Shown here piece by piece: positions 38,331 to 51,300 of a DNA stretch of 64,000 bases. Each line of letters begins with the position of its first letter. The stretch's first letter is position 1. Below the pieces are notes generated by a model. It saw only the letters and a program-made list of their open reading frames with translations, was not told the origin of the DNA and ran no database searches. The translations under genes were made by a program, and so were the position numbers. Source of the stretch: Chiloscyllium plagiosum (lineage: Eukaryota); contig NC_057718.1 in NCBI RefSeq assembly GCF_004010195.1, positions 90,873,353 to 90,937,352 of the forward strand, read 5' to 3'.

Positions 38331-39984
38331 AAGGTCACGTAGGAGTTTTGTAAACAAGGATCAGAATATTGTTGGACTGGTTCCCAATGCAACGGAGGAG
38401 CTCTTGGATAGTGGTGAACAGGTCTCGGTGTGTGTAGGACATGGACAGTAGAATTTTGAATGAGCCAACTATATGAAAGTTAGAAGATGGAAAAGCAGCT
38501 AGGGGTGATTTGGAATAGTAACATCTAGAAGGTTTAAAAGGTACCTGGAGGTTATAATGACATACATGAGAGTTTTGTCAGTATATAAGTTGAGGGATTG
38601 GGATAAATGTGGACATTTTCGCTTCATCCAGTACTGAAAGTCAGGCAAGCAGTGTGAAAAACCGGAGTTGAAGATGCGATGGTTAGATGGAACTGTGACA
38701 CCCAACGTACAGATGGGATGTGATAAGTTTAGTGACTAGAGATGCATTAAGTCAAGCAGAAGAGGCTGGTATGTACTCTTCTACCTTTATGCATTTGTCA
38801 TACTAATGTCCCCCTCAGGAATGGCTCATGGATGACTGGCTGCCAATTGACGATCATGATTAATGCCCACTTAAGGGCATTAATCCCAGCACCACTGGTA
38901 TTGACCGAGTGTTGGGCGGTGGACTCACCAAGCAGGAGGTCCAAAGTCCTGTCAGAGCTGGGGAGATGGGTTCAATGCCTTGTTCAAAAACCCTGAGTCT
39001 TTGTTCAAAGGATCTGGCATGGCACTACCAAGGAAACAGGAACTTCCACCCTCTTGATTGACTGGCAGCTCTCAGCAGGCGGGACCTCTATCCTCAAGTG
39101 CCTTGATCCTGAGGAAGGCCAATGCATTTAGTGCCAATCAGCTGTGTATAGCACATCTTTCCTGAGGGAGGCGATGTAGAGCTCTTGCCAGCTCTCTAGG
39201 TAAGATGCCCATTTGGCAATACTAAATTCCACCCAGTGAGGTGCCAGTGAGATGCAGCATGTATCCAGCAGCACAGTTGATTTTCCTTATATTCATTTTC
39301 AATGTTTTTTCCTGCACCTTCCGTTACTTTTCTGCAGGAACGATAAGCCTTGTCAAGTTTATGAATTACTGTTAATCAGGCACAATGGGAAGCACAGGTC
39401 AAAAAAAAAGTATTATTGATCAAATTCCATTCCTAGTGCTTTGAACTGAATGTGACCTCTGTGTTAGGGGTGGCAGGATGATTGCTGACATGAATTGGCC
39501 CTTCGACTGACGATTGTGAAAAATAAATAACATTTCTATGTCAGTGGGTTATGGTCCCAGGACTAACATCTGTTTCTACTTACCACGAACAGCTGATGAA
39601 ACAACACAGAGAGCCAACTTCAAAGCTTTTTGTTCTAATCTATAACATAAACATGCTAAATGGTCAGTTTTACATCCAGCTGTTAGGCTGGCACAGTCTA
39701 AAAATGATTCATTTGCCCAACATTGAGTGAAAAATCATCTTTATGTTAAATATTTGATATTGCGAACAATGAAGAATAATCGAGTGTTTGAATAACTACA
39801 GGTTGTGGTCATTCTGTAAGTTGACTTTCATTTGGGTTGGTATGCAGCTGTGTACACAAGGAGTCTTGTGTGATTCAGTTGTAATGTCCCCGTCTCTGAG
39901 TTAGAGGGCCCAGGTGCAAGTCCCTACCTGCTCCGAGGGTGTATGATAGCACCTCTGAACTGGTTGGTTGAAAACAACTACAGA

Positions 39985-40605
39985 GTCACGGAATTATTAC
40001 AGTGCTGAAGGTGCCCATTGTGCCTATACTGTCTCTATTATCTGGCACCAATTTGCTGCCTGTTCCCTGTATCCCTCCAGACAATTACTGTCGAAAACAA
40101 AACCAACTGCCGCAGTTGAACCCACCTCCACCACATTTTCCAGGCAATGCATTCCATAATGGAACTACTTCCCTTGTGAAAAAGGCTTCTCTCACATCAC
40201 TTTTAAACCTAAGCTCCCTTGTTCTTGAAACTTTTGCAAGCAGGAGCAACGTCTCCCGACCTACTCAGTCCAGCCCACTCGCGATTTTTGAAATTTCAAT
40301 CAAATCTTCTCTCTGGATCCTTCTATCCAAGGAAACAGTTTAAAATCTGTCCTCACAGCTGAAGATTTTCTTACCTTGAGCCATTCTCTTAAATTACTTC
40401 TGCGCCCTCTCCAACAGGTTTGCATCTTTCCTACAATATGGCTTCCACAAACTGCAGGCAAGACTCCAGCTGAGGTCTAACAAGTGTTCAGTACAAGTTT
40501 AACATCACCCCCTTGCTCTTGTTCTCTATGCCCCTGTTAATAAAGTCAAGGACACTGAATCTTACATTAGCTGCTCTCTCTACCTGTCCTGTTACCCTCA
40601 ATGAT
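39985..40605 (-). mobile_element. Old CR1 3' fragment
   Basis: Minus-strand FINRGIENKSKGVMLNLY. Confidence 0.7.
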
Positions 40606-41468
40606 CTGGTATTGATAGGTGGAATATTAGGTGGAAAAAAATTTAAGTTGATGGATTTACAAATACCTAGAGTTTCCAATCATGATGTAGTTTGAAACTG
40701 ATTCATTTTCATGGACTTCCATGAGCATTATGCTTAGACAACCTAGGCCACTGTGCATATTCTTGGTTAGGAAGGTCGATGCTGGAAATTGAGCTTGTAT
40801 CCAGTTTTGATGGGGAGGGGATTGCATTGGTTAAGAGGTTTCAGGAGGATGTTCCAGAGGGTAGAGACATGGACTACCACTATGTCTTAGGAAAGCTGTT
40901 TGGGGGGCACAGTTTGGTGGTGGGCAAGGAGTCAAGGGTCAGAAAACCTTGCAACACAAGCGGAGACTTACAGCAAGAATAAAATACATTGCGGTGGTGT
41001 TTTGAGGAATATATAAACAGGCACAGGCACTATGGGCCGAATGGCCTCCTTATGTGCCATAACAATTCAGTGAGATAGATGGATTTTGAATGAGTGCATT
41101 GAGAAACAGGTGATCATGAACTGTCAGCGTTGGGTGAGCAAGGCCCAGTGAGCGATAAGATCCAGGCTGTAGCGTTGTGGACAAATTGGCATTGGGATGA
41201 ATTGAGAGACCTGGAGAGAGCATGTCAAGAAGTTCAGCCTTGATATAATTAAAGCACAGAGGGGCACATTCCAATATTAAAAGGGCATGAGATGAAGCAA
41301 AGATAAAGTCATGTTACACAGTGGAGGGATGCTACCTTGGTAAAATGTTGGGGGCAGAATGACACTGATACACCTTTTCGGGAAAGGTAAGTCAAAAGCA
41401 TAGGGCCATATTGTTTGTTCATGTCAGCTTTGAGTCACAGATAGAGAAGCTAACCAAATTTTTACAAA

Positions 41469-43190
41469 TTCACTCATGGGATGTGGGCGTTACTGGCTAG
41501 GCCAGCATTTATTGCCTGTCTCTGGTTGATCTTGAGAAGGTGGGGGTGAGCTGCCTTCTTGAACTGCTACAGTCCTTGTGCTGTAAGTAGACCCACAATG
41601 GTGTTGGGGAAGAAGGCCAGGATTTCGACCCAACATCCATCAAGGAACAGTGATATATTTCCAAATCAGGAAGGTGAGCGGTTGGAGGGAACTTGAGGGT
41701 AATGTATACGCTTTCTTATTCTTCTCAATGGAAGGGTTCATGGGTTTGGAGATTGCTGTCTATGAACCTTTGGTGAATATCTGCAGTGCATCTTGGAGAT
41801 AGTACACACTGCTGCTACTGACCATAGGTAATGGAGCAAATGGATGTTTGTGGTGCCAATCAATCAGCTGCTTCATCCTGGATAGTGTCAAGTTTCTTGA
41901 GTGTTGTTGGAGCTCCACCCATCCAGGCAAGTGGGGAGTATTCCATCACACTCCTGATTTGTGGATGCTGGACAGACTTTGGAAACTCAGGAGGTGAGTT
42001 ATTCACTGCAGTATTCCAGCCTCTGGCCTGCTCTTGTAACCATCATATTTATATGGCAAGTCCAGTTGAGTTTCTAAACAATAGGAACCCCCAGGATGCT
42101 GATAGTGGGGGATTCAGTGATGATAACGCCATTGACTGTCAAGGGATGGTACGTGGATTGTACCTTATTGGAGATGGTCATTTCTTGGCATTTTGTGGCA
42201 TGAGTATTACTTGTCATTTTTCAGCCCAAGCCTGGATATTGTCCAGATCTTGCTGCATGTGGACATGGGCTGCTTCAGTATCTGAGGAGCTGTGAATGGT
42301 GCTGAACATAGTGATGTTAGAAGATGATTGCACAATTTCTGACTTCATGATGGAAGGAAGGTCCACTACTCTGAGGAATTCCTGCAGAGATGTCCTGGAG
42401 CTGAGATGACTGACCTCCAACAACCACAACCATCTTCCTATGTGCCAGGTATAGCTCTACCCAATGGAGAGCTTTCTCCCCATTCTCGTTGACTCCAATT
42501 CTGGTTGGGCTCCTTGATGCCACACTCGGTCAAATGCAGCCTTGATGTTCACGGCTGTCACTCTCACTCCCCTCTGGATTTCAGCTCTTTTGTTCATGTT
42601 TGAAACAGGTCAGGAACTGAATGGCCCGGGTGGAACCCACACTGGGCATCACTTAGCAGGTTATTGCTGAGCAGGTGCTGCTTGGTAGCACTGTTGATGG
42701 CACCTTTCATCACTAATGACCAAGGGTATACTGAGGGGGCAGTAATTGGCTGGGTTGGATTTGTCCTGCTTTTGGGTACAGGACATACTGGGTAATTTTC
42801 CAAATTGTCAGGTAGATGCCAGTGTTGTAGCTGTACTAGATCAGCACAGCTAAGACAGAAACAAGTTCTAGAGCACAAGTCTCCAGTATTAATTCTGAAA
42901 TATCATTAGCGTCCACAGCCTTTGCAGTGTCCAGTGTTTCCAACCATTTCTTGTTAGCAGTTGGAGTGAACCAGATTAGCTGAAGACTAGTTTTTGTAAT
43001 GCTCAGGACAACTGGTACAAGGCAAGATGGATCATTCATTTGACATTTCCAGCTGAAGATTATTGCAAATGCTTAGCCTTACCTTTTGCACTGATATGTT
43101 GGGCTCTTCCATCATTGATGGTAGCCTGCTCCATCAGTGAGTTGTTTAAGTGCCCACCACCATTCATGACTGACCGTGACAGGACTGAGT
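41469..43190 (-). mobile_element. CR1-group LINE, 3' part (outermost layer of the nest)
   Basis: MQQDLDNIQAWAEK, HLLSNNLLSDAQCGFHPGHSVPDL, LETLDTAKAV..LETCALEL motifs; family B tail at 41469. Confidence 0.8.
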
Positions 43191-43494
43191 TTGAGTTTGA
43201 TTTATTGTTGTGACCTGTAATGAGAAAATGTTTTGTGTGCTACACTGGCAGACCTTACCATACAAAGTGCATCAGGATAGCAGAACAGAGTGCAGAATAC
43301 ATTGTTATAGCTAGAGAGAAGGTGCAGAGAGAGAGAGAGAGAGAGAGATCAACATTAATATTTGAGAGGCCTCTTGGAAATTCTGATGACAATGAGGAAG
43401 AAGCTGTTCTTGAATCTGTTTTTATATGTATTCAAGCTTTTATATCTTCTGCCTAACAGAAGAGGGTGGGAGAGAGTATAACGGGGGTGGGAGA
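43191..43494 (-). mobile_element. Rex1/Babar LINE 3' end
   Basis: (TTTGAG)-type tail repeat; sequence resumes at 50359 across the LTR element. Confidence 0.65.
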
Positions 43495-43709
43495 TGTAGT
43501 GAATGTAAAGAGGTTAGTCAGGTGGATGATTCCCTGATTAGGGCTGTTAACCGGGTCCGGTCAGGGAGCCCTGGTTGACAGACAAAAACAGAAGGGTCAG
43601 ACATTCTGACACTCCAGGAGATGGCTCTGAGGGAACTGGATCAGTGTCAAGGACTCTCTAGATGTAAATAAAGGGTGGCTTGGTGATGGGATACCAGGAT
43701 TTATTTCAG

Positions 43710-43719
43710 TGGCAACGAG
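43710..43719 (+). promoter_or_regulatory. Primer-binding site, tRNA-Ser(GCU)-like
   Basis: TGGCAACGAG, one mismatch from TGGCGACGAG, the complement of the recalled tRNA-Ser(GCU) 3' end CUCGUCGCCA. Confidence 0.7.
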
Positions 43720-43790
43720 AGAATAGCAGGCTCCTGAAGAAATTCCCTTGCAATAGTAGCCTTTGAGTTGGGGTAAGCATTTCTGACATC

Positions 43791-45620
43791 ATGCCGTTAT
43801 TTGGGAAGCTTGACTAGTTCGATCCTGCCATCAAAGACTGAGCCCTGTATGTGGAAAGAATGCATTATTATTTCTGGGTAAATAACATTGGGGCAGATGA
43901 AAAGCAGCGAGTAATTCTCCCGACAGCCTGTGGACCCAGAGCTTTTTCATTCCCTGACCTAATGTTCCTTGAGGCACCAGATTCTAAAACCTTTCAAGAG
44001 TTGGCGAAGTTGGTTCAGGAATATGACAAACTCAAGCCTGCTCTAATTCTGAGACCTTATCGGTTTTACTTCAGAACTAGGGCAATCTATATCGAGATTT
44101 TTGACTCAGTTAAGACAATAGACAGAAACAGAGCTGAAAATGTGTTGCTGGAATAGCGCAGCAGGTCAGGCAGCATCCAAGGAGCAGGAGAATCGACGTT
44201 TCGGGCATGAGCCCTTCTTCAGGTCATGCCCGAAAAGTCGATTCTCCTGCTCCTTGGATGCTGCCTAACCTGCTGCGCTTTTCCAGCAATACATTTTCAG
44301 CTCAGATCTCCAGCATCTGCAGTCCTCACTTTCTCCAAACAGACAGAGGCATGTGACTTTGGCTTAACCCTTAATGAGATGCTGAGAGACCGGTTGGTAT
44401 GTGGGATTAATGATGTAACCATGCAAAAGCATCTACGAGCTGAAGCCCAAATGAACTTCAAACAGACACTACAACTGGCTTTATCATTGGAAAATGCAGC
44501 AAGTGGAGCAGATGAGTTACAGAGTATTCTGATGGAAGTGGACAACCTCACCAGTCTGACTGAGCTTGGCAGACACCACTTGAGCAAAGGCAATTGCATA
44601 GCCTCGTTCAGGCCATATCCTGAACTGAGAGACTCTAGGTCAGCCCACAGCAAATCCCCAAAACAAAGCCAAGCCTCAGCCAAACAGTTAAAAGTTTCTT
44701 CAGGATCCGAGCTGACAAGCCATTGTAGTTACTGCCAGAATGCAGACTCATGACAGCAAAGGAGTCGCACTGAGTGATAACTCATAGGCCGGTATCCAGG
44801 AGAGTGCACACTCTGAAAACACCACTTCCATCTGGAACAGTTAAATTGCTTAGCAACATCCAAAACAGAAGCAATCAAAGTAAACCTCTGGTTAAATGGT
44901 CTCCCGGTTCTAATGGAGGTCAAAACCGGCGCGACTGTTTCAGTGATTGCAGAACCAGTCTTTAACAAAATTCACTCTGGATTCTAACCCTTAAGTTTGT
45001 GCGAGAACAACTGAACTAGACTGAGAACCTATACTGGGAAACCTTTACAGATTAAGGGTCCAACTTTGGTTCTGGTCTCTTATGAGAACAACTGGTTCAG
45101 TTCCCACTGATTGTAGTAAAAGGCTTGGGCTCCAGCTTGATGAGGTGAAATTGGGTAAAAAAAAGATTCACCTTGATTGGCTCACCATTTATCAATTAGA
45201 AAATGGCTGACTGAGTGAAGTCCTGAACAAATACCGGGGAAGATTTTCAGGAAGGTCCAGGGACAATCAAAGGAGCCAAGGCCATCTTGCAAGTCGACCA
45301 GGAAACAATTCCATGATTCTTCGAGGCCCATCCAATGCCATTTGCCTCATGGGTAAAAGCTGAGGTGAAAATCAGGAGGCTGGAAAGGGAAGGAGTCACC
45401 AAACCAGTCCAGTTTGCAGAATGGGCAGCACCGGTCGTACTGATTGTGTAGGCCCAACGGGTGAGTTCACCTTTGTGGGGATTTTAAACAAATGAGAAAC
45501 TGCTTTTCGCAGCTGGATAAGTACCAATTCCATCACATAAAGGATTGATATGCAAAGCTGGCAGGGAGGCTTCCCTTCATGGAACTGGACACAAGCCATG
45601 CACACTTGCAATTGCAGTTA
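43791..45620 (+). pseudogene. Gypsy gag-protease-RT(N-terminal) pseudogene
   Basis: MPLFGKLD*FDPAIKD*ALYVERM; CDFG..LNEMLRDRLVCGIND; protease NGLPVLMEVKTGATVSVI (DTGA degraded to KTGA); RT IRRLEREGVTKPVQFAEWAAPVV; many stops and frameshifts. Confidence 0.85.
44131..44336. mobile_element. Penelope fold-back insertion in gag
   Basis: Inverted arms 44131-44303; flanking duplication aa(t/c)agacaga at 44117-44126 and 44338-44347. Confidence 0.8.
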
Positions 45621-46058
45621 GAACATGGTACAGGCCCTTTGGCCCACAACGTTGTGCCAAGCATTTATCTTAATCTAAGATTAACCTAACCTACACACCC
45701 CTTAATTTACTGACGTGTCTCTGGCTCTATTACCACCGCAAGCAGTGCATTCCATTCACCCACCACTCTCTGCATAAAGAACCTACCTCTGACATCTCCC
45801 CTATACCTTTCTCCAATTACTTTAAAATTATGACCCCTAGTGACAGCCATTTGTGCCCTGGGGAAAAGTCTCTGGCTCTATTCTATCCATGCCTCTCATT
45901 ACCTTGTACACCTCAATCAATCACCTCTCTTCCTCCTTTTCTCCAGTGTGAAAAGCCCTAGCTCACTCAACCTCTCTTCATAAGACAAGCCCTCCAATCC
46001 GTGCAGCATCCCGGTAAATCTCCTCTGCACCGTCTCTAAGGCATCCACATCCTTCCTG
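45620..46058 (-). mobile_element. CR1 3' fragment at the RT/RNase H deletion point
   Basis: Antisense CR1 ORF2 end (gcatcccggtaaatctcctctgcacc) and tail. Confidence 0.85.
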
Positions 46059-46084
46059 TAATGAGCAATTGTTCTGAGCAAAAG

Positions 46085-46750
46085 TCGCCACCAGGGGTTT
46101 CCAAGATGAAGATGTTGGTGAGAAGTTATGTCTGGTGGCCAGGATTAGATGCAAACATAGCTGAATTGGTGGGGCAGTGCCCAGAGTGCCAATGAGGACT
46201 GAAAATACCATCCGCAGCTCCCTCACATTCCTGGGAATGGCCGGGTAAACTCTGGACTCAGTTACATGTCAACTTTGCAGGTCCTTTCATGGGGTCAATG
46301 TTCTTGGTCAATATGGATGCCCACTTAAAATATGCATAGAGCTCATTTGCTAAATAGTGATAGGAAAACAGCACATCTTTTGCAAAAGACAGACTCCCAA
46401 AGCGTTGGTCACAGATAACGGGCCATCATTTACCAGCAGGAAATTCGATGGTATTCAACATTTCAAAACAACTGTATATCATCCATCATCCAATGGTCTG
46501 GCAGAAAGAGCAGTCCAAATATTGAAGACAGGCTTACAAAACAGCCCACGGCTTTACCCGAGACCAAACTGTCCCGGTCCTATATGATTATAAGACCATC
46601 CCTTGTGCAACTACAGGGATAGCTCCAGCAGAGTTGTTAATGGGGAGAAAGCTCCACACCGGGTTAAATCTGATCTTTCCGGGCCTGAGGTGGGGAATGA
46701 AATGGCATCTGAATCACCAGTGCCAGACAAAATACTCCGCTAAGTGAGAG
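46085..46750 (+). pseudogene. Gypsy integrase pseudogene
   Basis: [35 protein letters not shown] zinc finger; LHVNFAGPF, VTDNGPSFTS and YHPSSNGLAERAVQ core motifs. Confidence 0.9.
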
Positions 46751-47050
46751 ACAGTTTACTTCAGGGGACAGAGTTTGATGTAAGAGACATGGTCAATGCA
46801 AGGTCAGGTCCAGTGACATGTAAAGTTTAGGTTGGTGCGATGGTTTGGAACAAACATGTGGATCATACAAAAGCTACAAACGGTGCCGGATCCTCCACAG
46901 CTTTTCAGATTATTCCGGAAACCATCGGAATCTGAGATGGACATGGGCGGATGTCATCACCTCACCTTTGCTGCCTGAAGAAGAGAATGGATTTCTTCTG
47001 AGGCACTTCAGGTGAAAGAGGCGAGCTAATGTGTGTTACGGAATATAACA

Positions 47051-49993
47051 CAGAGCAGATGAATGTGAGGCTGAGGAGCTGGTGCAGGGGAGAAGGTATC
47101 ACATTTTTGGATCATTGGAATCTCCTCTGGGGTAGAAGTAACCTGTACAAGAAGAACGGATTGCACCTGAATTGGAAGAGCACTAATATACTGGCAAGGA
47201 GATATGCTAGTGCTGCTCAGGAGGATTTAAACTGTTAAGGTGGGATGGGTGATGTGGTGGGTGTGGGGTGTGGGTGGGACCCAGGGAGATAGTGAGGAAA
47301 GAGATCAATCTGAGACTGGTACAGTTGGGAAAAAGGAGCGAGTCAAACAGTCAGGGCAGGCAGGAACAAAGCAGAGAACAGGTAGGACTGACAAACTAGA
47401 GGCCTAACAGGGGAGGCAGATGAACTCAGGGCATGGGTAGGTACATGGGACTGGAATATCATAGCAATTCCAGAAACGTGGCTCAGGGATGGACAGGACG
47501 AGCAACTTAATGTTCCAGGATATAAATGCTACAGGAAGGATAGATAAGGGGGGCAAAAGAGGAGAGGGAGTGGCGTTTTTGATAAGGGATAGCATTATGG
47601 CTCTAATTAGGGAGGATATTCCTGGGAAGTTATTTGTGTGGAACTGAGAAATAAGAAAGGGATGATCACCTTATTGGAATTGTCTCATAGAACCCCCCAA
47701 TAGTTAGCGGGAAATTAAGAAACAAATTTGTAAGGAGATTTCAGTTATCTGTAAGAATAGTAGGGTTGGTATAACGGGGGATTTTAACTTTCCAAACATA
47801 GACTGGGACTGCGATCCTGTTAAGGGTTTAGATGGAGAGGAATTTGTTAAGTGTTTACAAGAAAGCTTTCTGATTCAGCATGTGGATGTATCTACCGGAG
47901 AAGGTGTAGAGCAGATAACTGAGGTGTCACAGGGGAGCACTTTGGGGTCAACAATCATAGTTCTATTAATTTTAAAATAATGATGAAAACAATAGACCAG
48001 ATCTAAAAGTTAAAATTCTAAACTGGAGGAAGACCAATTTTGACAGTATTAGGCCAGAACTTTCAAAAGTTGATTGGGGGCAGATGTTCGCAGGTAAAGG
48101 GACGACTGGAAAATGGGAAACCTTCAAAAATGAGATAACCAGGGTCCAGAGACAGTATGTTCCTCTCAGGGGGAAAGACAAGGCTGGTAGGTGTAGGAAA
48201 TGCTGGATGACTTTAGAAATTGAGCTTTTGATTAAGAAAAAGAAGGAAGCATACGTCAGGTATAGACAAGATAGATCAACTGAATCCTTAGAGGAAACTA
48301 AAGACAATAGGAGCATACTTAAAAGGGAAATCAGGAGGGCAAAAGGGGGGCATGAGATAGCATTGGAAAATAGGGTTAAGGAGAATCCAAAGGGATTCTA
48401 TGACTACATTAAGGACAAAAGGGTAACTAGGGAGAGAATAGGGCCCTCAAAGATCAGCAAGGCAGCCTATGTGTGGAACTGTAGGAAATGGGGGAAGATA
48501 CTAAACGAGTATTTTTCATCAGTGTTTACTGTGGAGAAGGACATGGAAGATATGGAATGTGGGGAAATAGATGATGACATCTTGACAAATGTCCATATTA
48601 CAGAGGAGGAGGTGCTGGATGTCTTGAAACGCATAAAAGTGGATAAATCTCCTGATCAAGTGTAACCCTAGAACTCTGTGGGAAGCTAGAGAAGTTATTG
48701 CTGGGCCTCTTGCTGAGATATTTGTATCATCGATAGTCACAGGTGAGGTGTCGGAAGACTGGAGGTTGCCTAACGTGGTGCCACTGTTTAAAAAAGAAGG
48801 TAAGGAAAAGTCAGGGAACTATAGATCAGTGAGCCTGACATCAGTGGTGGGCAAGTTGTTGGAGGGAATCTTGAGAGACAGGATGTATATGTATTTGGAA
48901 AGGCAAGGACTGGTTAGGGATAGTCAGCATGGCTTTGTGCACAGGAAATCACGTCTCATGAACTTGATTGAGTTTTTTGAAGAAGTAACAAAGAGGATTG
49001 GTGAGGGCAGAGTGATGGACATGATCTATATGGACTTCAGTAAGGCACTTAACAAGGTTCCCCATGGGAGACTGGTTAGCAAGGTTAGATCTCATGGAAT
49101 ACAGGGAGAACTAATCATTTGGATATAGAACTGGCTTGTGGGTAGAAGACAGAGGGTGTTGGTGGAGGGTTGTTTTTCAGACTGGAGGCCTGTGAGCAGT
49201 GGAGTGCCATGAGGATCGGTGCTGGATCTACAGCTTTGACATTTATATAAATGATTTGGATGTGAACATAGGAAGTATAGTTTGCAGATGACACGAAAAT
49301 TGGAGGTATAGAGGACAGCAAAGAAGATGGGTCAGTGGGCCGAGGAGTGGCAGATGCATTTGGTATGCTTTCTTTTATTGGTCAGAGTATTGACTTCAGG
49401 AGTTGGGAGATCATGTTGCGGCTGTACAGGACATTGGTTAGGCCACCGTTGGAATATTGCTTGCAATTCTGATCTCCCTCCTATTGGAAGGATGTTATGA
49501 AACTTGAAAGGGTTCAGAAAAGATTTACAAGGACGTTGCCAGGGTTGGAGGATTTGAGCTATAGGGAGAAGCTGAACAGGCTGGGGCTGTTTTCCCTGGA
49601 GCGCCGGAGGCTGAGAGGTGACCTTATAGAGGTTTATAAAATCATGAGGGACATAGGTAGGATAAATAGACAAAGTCTTTTCCCTGGGATGGGGGAGTCC
49701 AGAACTAGAGGGCATAGGTTGAAGGTGAGAGGGGAAATATTTAAAAAGGACCTAAGGGGCAGCTTTTTCCAAGCAGAGGGCGATGCGTGTATGGAATGAG
49801 CTGCAAGAGGAAGTGCTGGAGGCTGGTACAACTACAACATTTAAAAGGCATCTGTACGAGTGTATGAATAGGAAGGGTTAGAGGGATATGGTGCAAGTGC
49901 TGGCAAATGGGATTGGATAGGGTTGAGATATCTGCTCGGCATAGATGAGTTGGACCGAAGGATCTGTTTCCGTGCTGTACATCTCTATGATTT
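47051..49993 (+). mobile_element. Long 5'-truncated CR1/HER1 LINE (ORF1 esterase end plus disrupted ORF2)
   Basis: ORF1 WCRGEGITFLDHW..GLHLN; endonuclease (PETWL, GDFNFPNIDW) and RT (NYRSVSLTSVVGK, YMDFSKA, FADDTK); candidate duplication TATAAC at 47044-47049 and 49994-49999. Confidence 0.92.
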
Positions 49994-50358
49994 TATAACT
50001 GTACAACACACCATCCCATATCAGAAGCAGAGTTGGACAAACCTGACCCTGTACTAAAACACGCCTGGAATAGCTACAGAAAAGAGAACCAGCTGATGTC
50101 CTTGCACTCAGAGGGGAAGGGATGTCATGATGGTAATGAGGTCAGCCTGATAGACCTCATAGAATGTGCATTCCCTGATCGGGGCTGTTAATCTGGTTCA
50201 ATCAGGAAGCCTTGCCTGACAGTTAAGAACAGGAGGAGTCAGACATCCTGTTCACTCTCAGAACTGGGTCTGAAGGAACTAGATCAATGTCAAGGACTTT
50301 CCACATATAAATAAAGGGTGACATGGTGACAGGATATGTCCTCTGTGGGGTTACTTCA

Positions 50359-51300
50359 GGGGGCATCTTTGATTATCTTAGATGCTTTCCCAAGGCAGTA
50401 GGAAATATTGATGGTGTCAGTTTGTGTAATGGATTGGGCTATGTTCATGACTCTCTGTATTCTCTTGTAGTATTGGGCAGAGCAGTTGCCAAATCATGCT
50501 GTGATGCAACCAGATAGGATGCTTTCTATGGTGCATCTATAAAAATTGGTAAGAGTCTTTATAGACATGCTGAAGTTCCTTAGCCTCCTGAGGAAGTAAA
50601 AACATTGCTGTGCTTTCTTGATCATCACATCAATGCGGGTAGACCAGGACAGATTGTTGGTGACTATCACTCCCAGGAACTTGACACTTTCGACATCTCC
50701 ACCTCAGCACCGTTGATGTAGACAGGGGTGTGCCCTCCACATCACTTCCTGAAGTCAATGACCAGCTCCTGATGTTGATGGAGAGACTGTTGTCTTTACA
50801 TCATGCCACTAAGAGCTCAATCTCTTTCCTGTATTCTGTCCCATCATTATTTGAGATCTGACCTACAACGATGGTGTCATCAGCAAACTTGTAAATGGGG
50901 TTGGGTTGGAATTTGGCCACACAGTCGTGAGTGTATAAGGAGTATTGTAGGGCACTAAGTACGCAGCCTTATGGGGCATTAGTGTTCAGGATTATTGTAG
51001 AGGAGAGGCTGTCACCTATTCTTATTGATTGCAGTCTATGGGTCAGGAAGTCGAGCATCCAGTTACAGAGGAGGGAGCCGGGACCTAGGTCTCGGAGTTT
51101 AGGGATGAGTTTGTTTGCAATTATGGTGTTGAAGGCGGAGTCGTAATCAATAAGTAGGAGCCTGATGTAGGTACCCTTGTTATCCAGATGTTCCAGGGAT
51201 GAATGTGGGGCCAGGGAGATGGCATCTGCTGTGGACCTGTTGCACTGGTAGGCGAATTGTAAAGGATCAAGGCAATTTGGTAGGCTAGAGTAAGGCTAAA
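50359..51300 (-). mobile_element. Rex1/Babar LINE RT fragment
   Basis: Minus-strand [34 protein letters not shown] and VIDFRK motifs. Confidence 0.82.

Larger units (their letters stand above)
43495..50358 (+). mobile_element. Decayed two-LTR Ty3/Gypsy retrotransposon (Mag-like)
   Basis: 5' LTR 43495-43708 (TG..CA), PBS 43710-43719, gag from 43791, protease, RT N-terminus, integrase, PPT 50110-50122, 3' LTR 50123-50358. Confidence 0.9.

Noticed and set aside
44226..44753. 175-aa ORF as a novel gene
   Set aside because: Chimeric read-through from the Penelope hairpin into decayed gag.
48084..49799. CR1 ORF2 as an active or domesticated gene
   Set aside because: Multiple frameshifts, stops and internal deletions.
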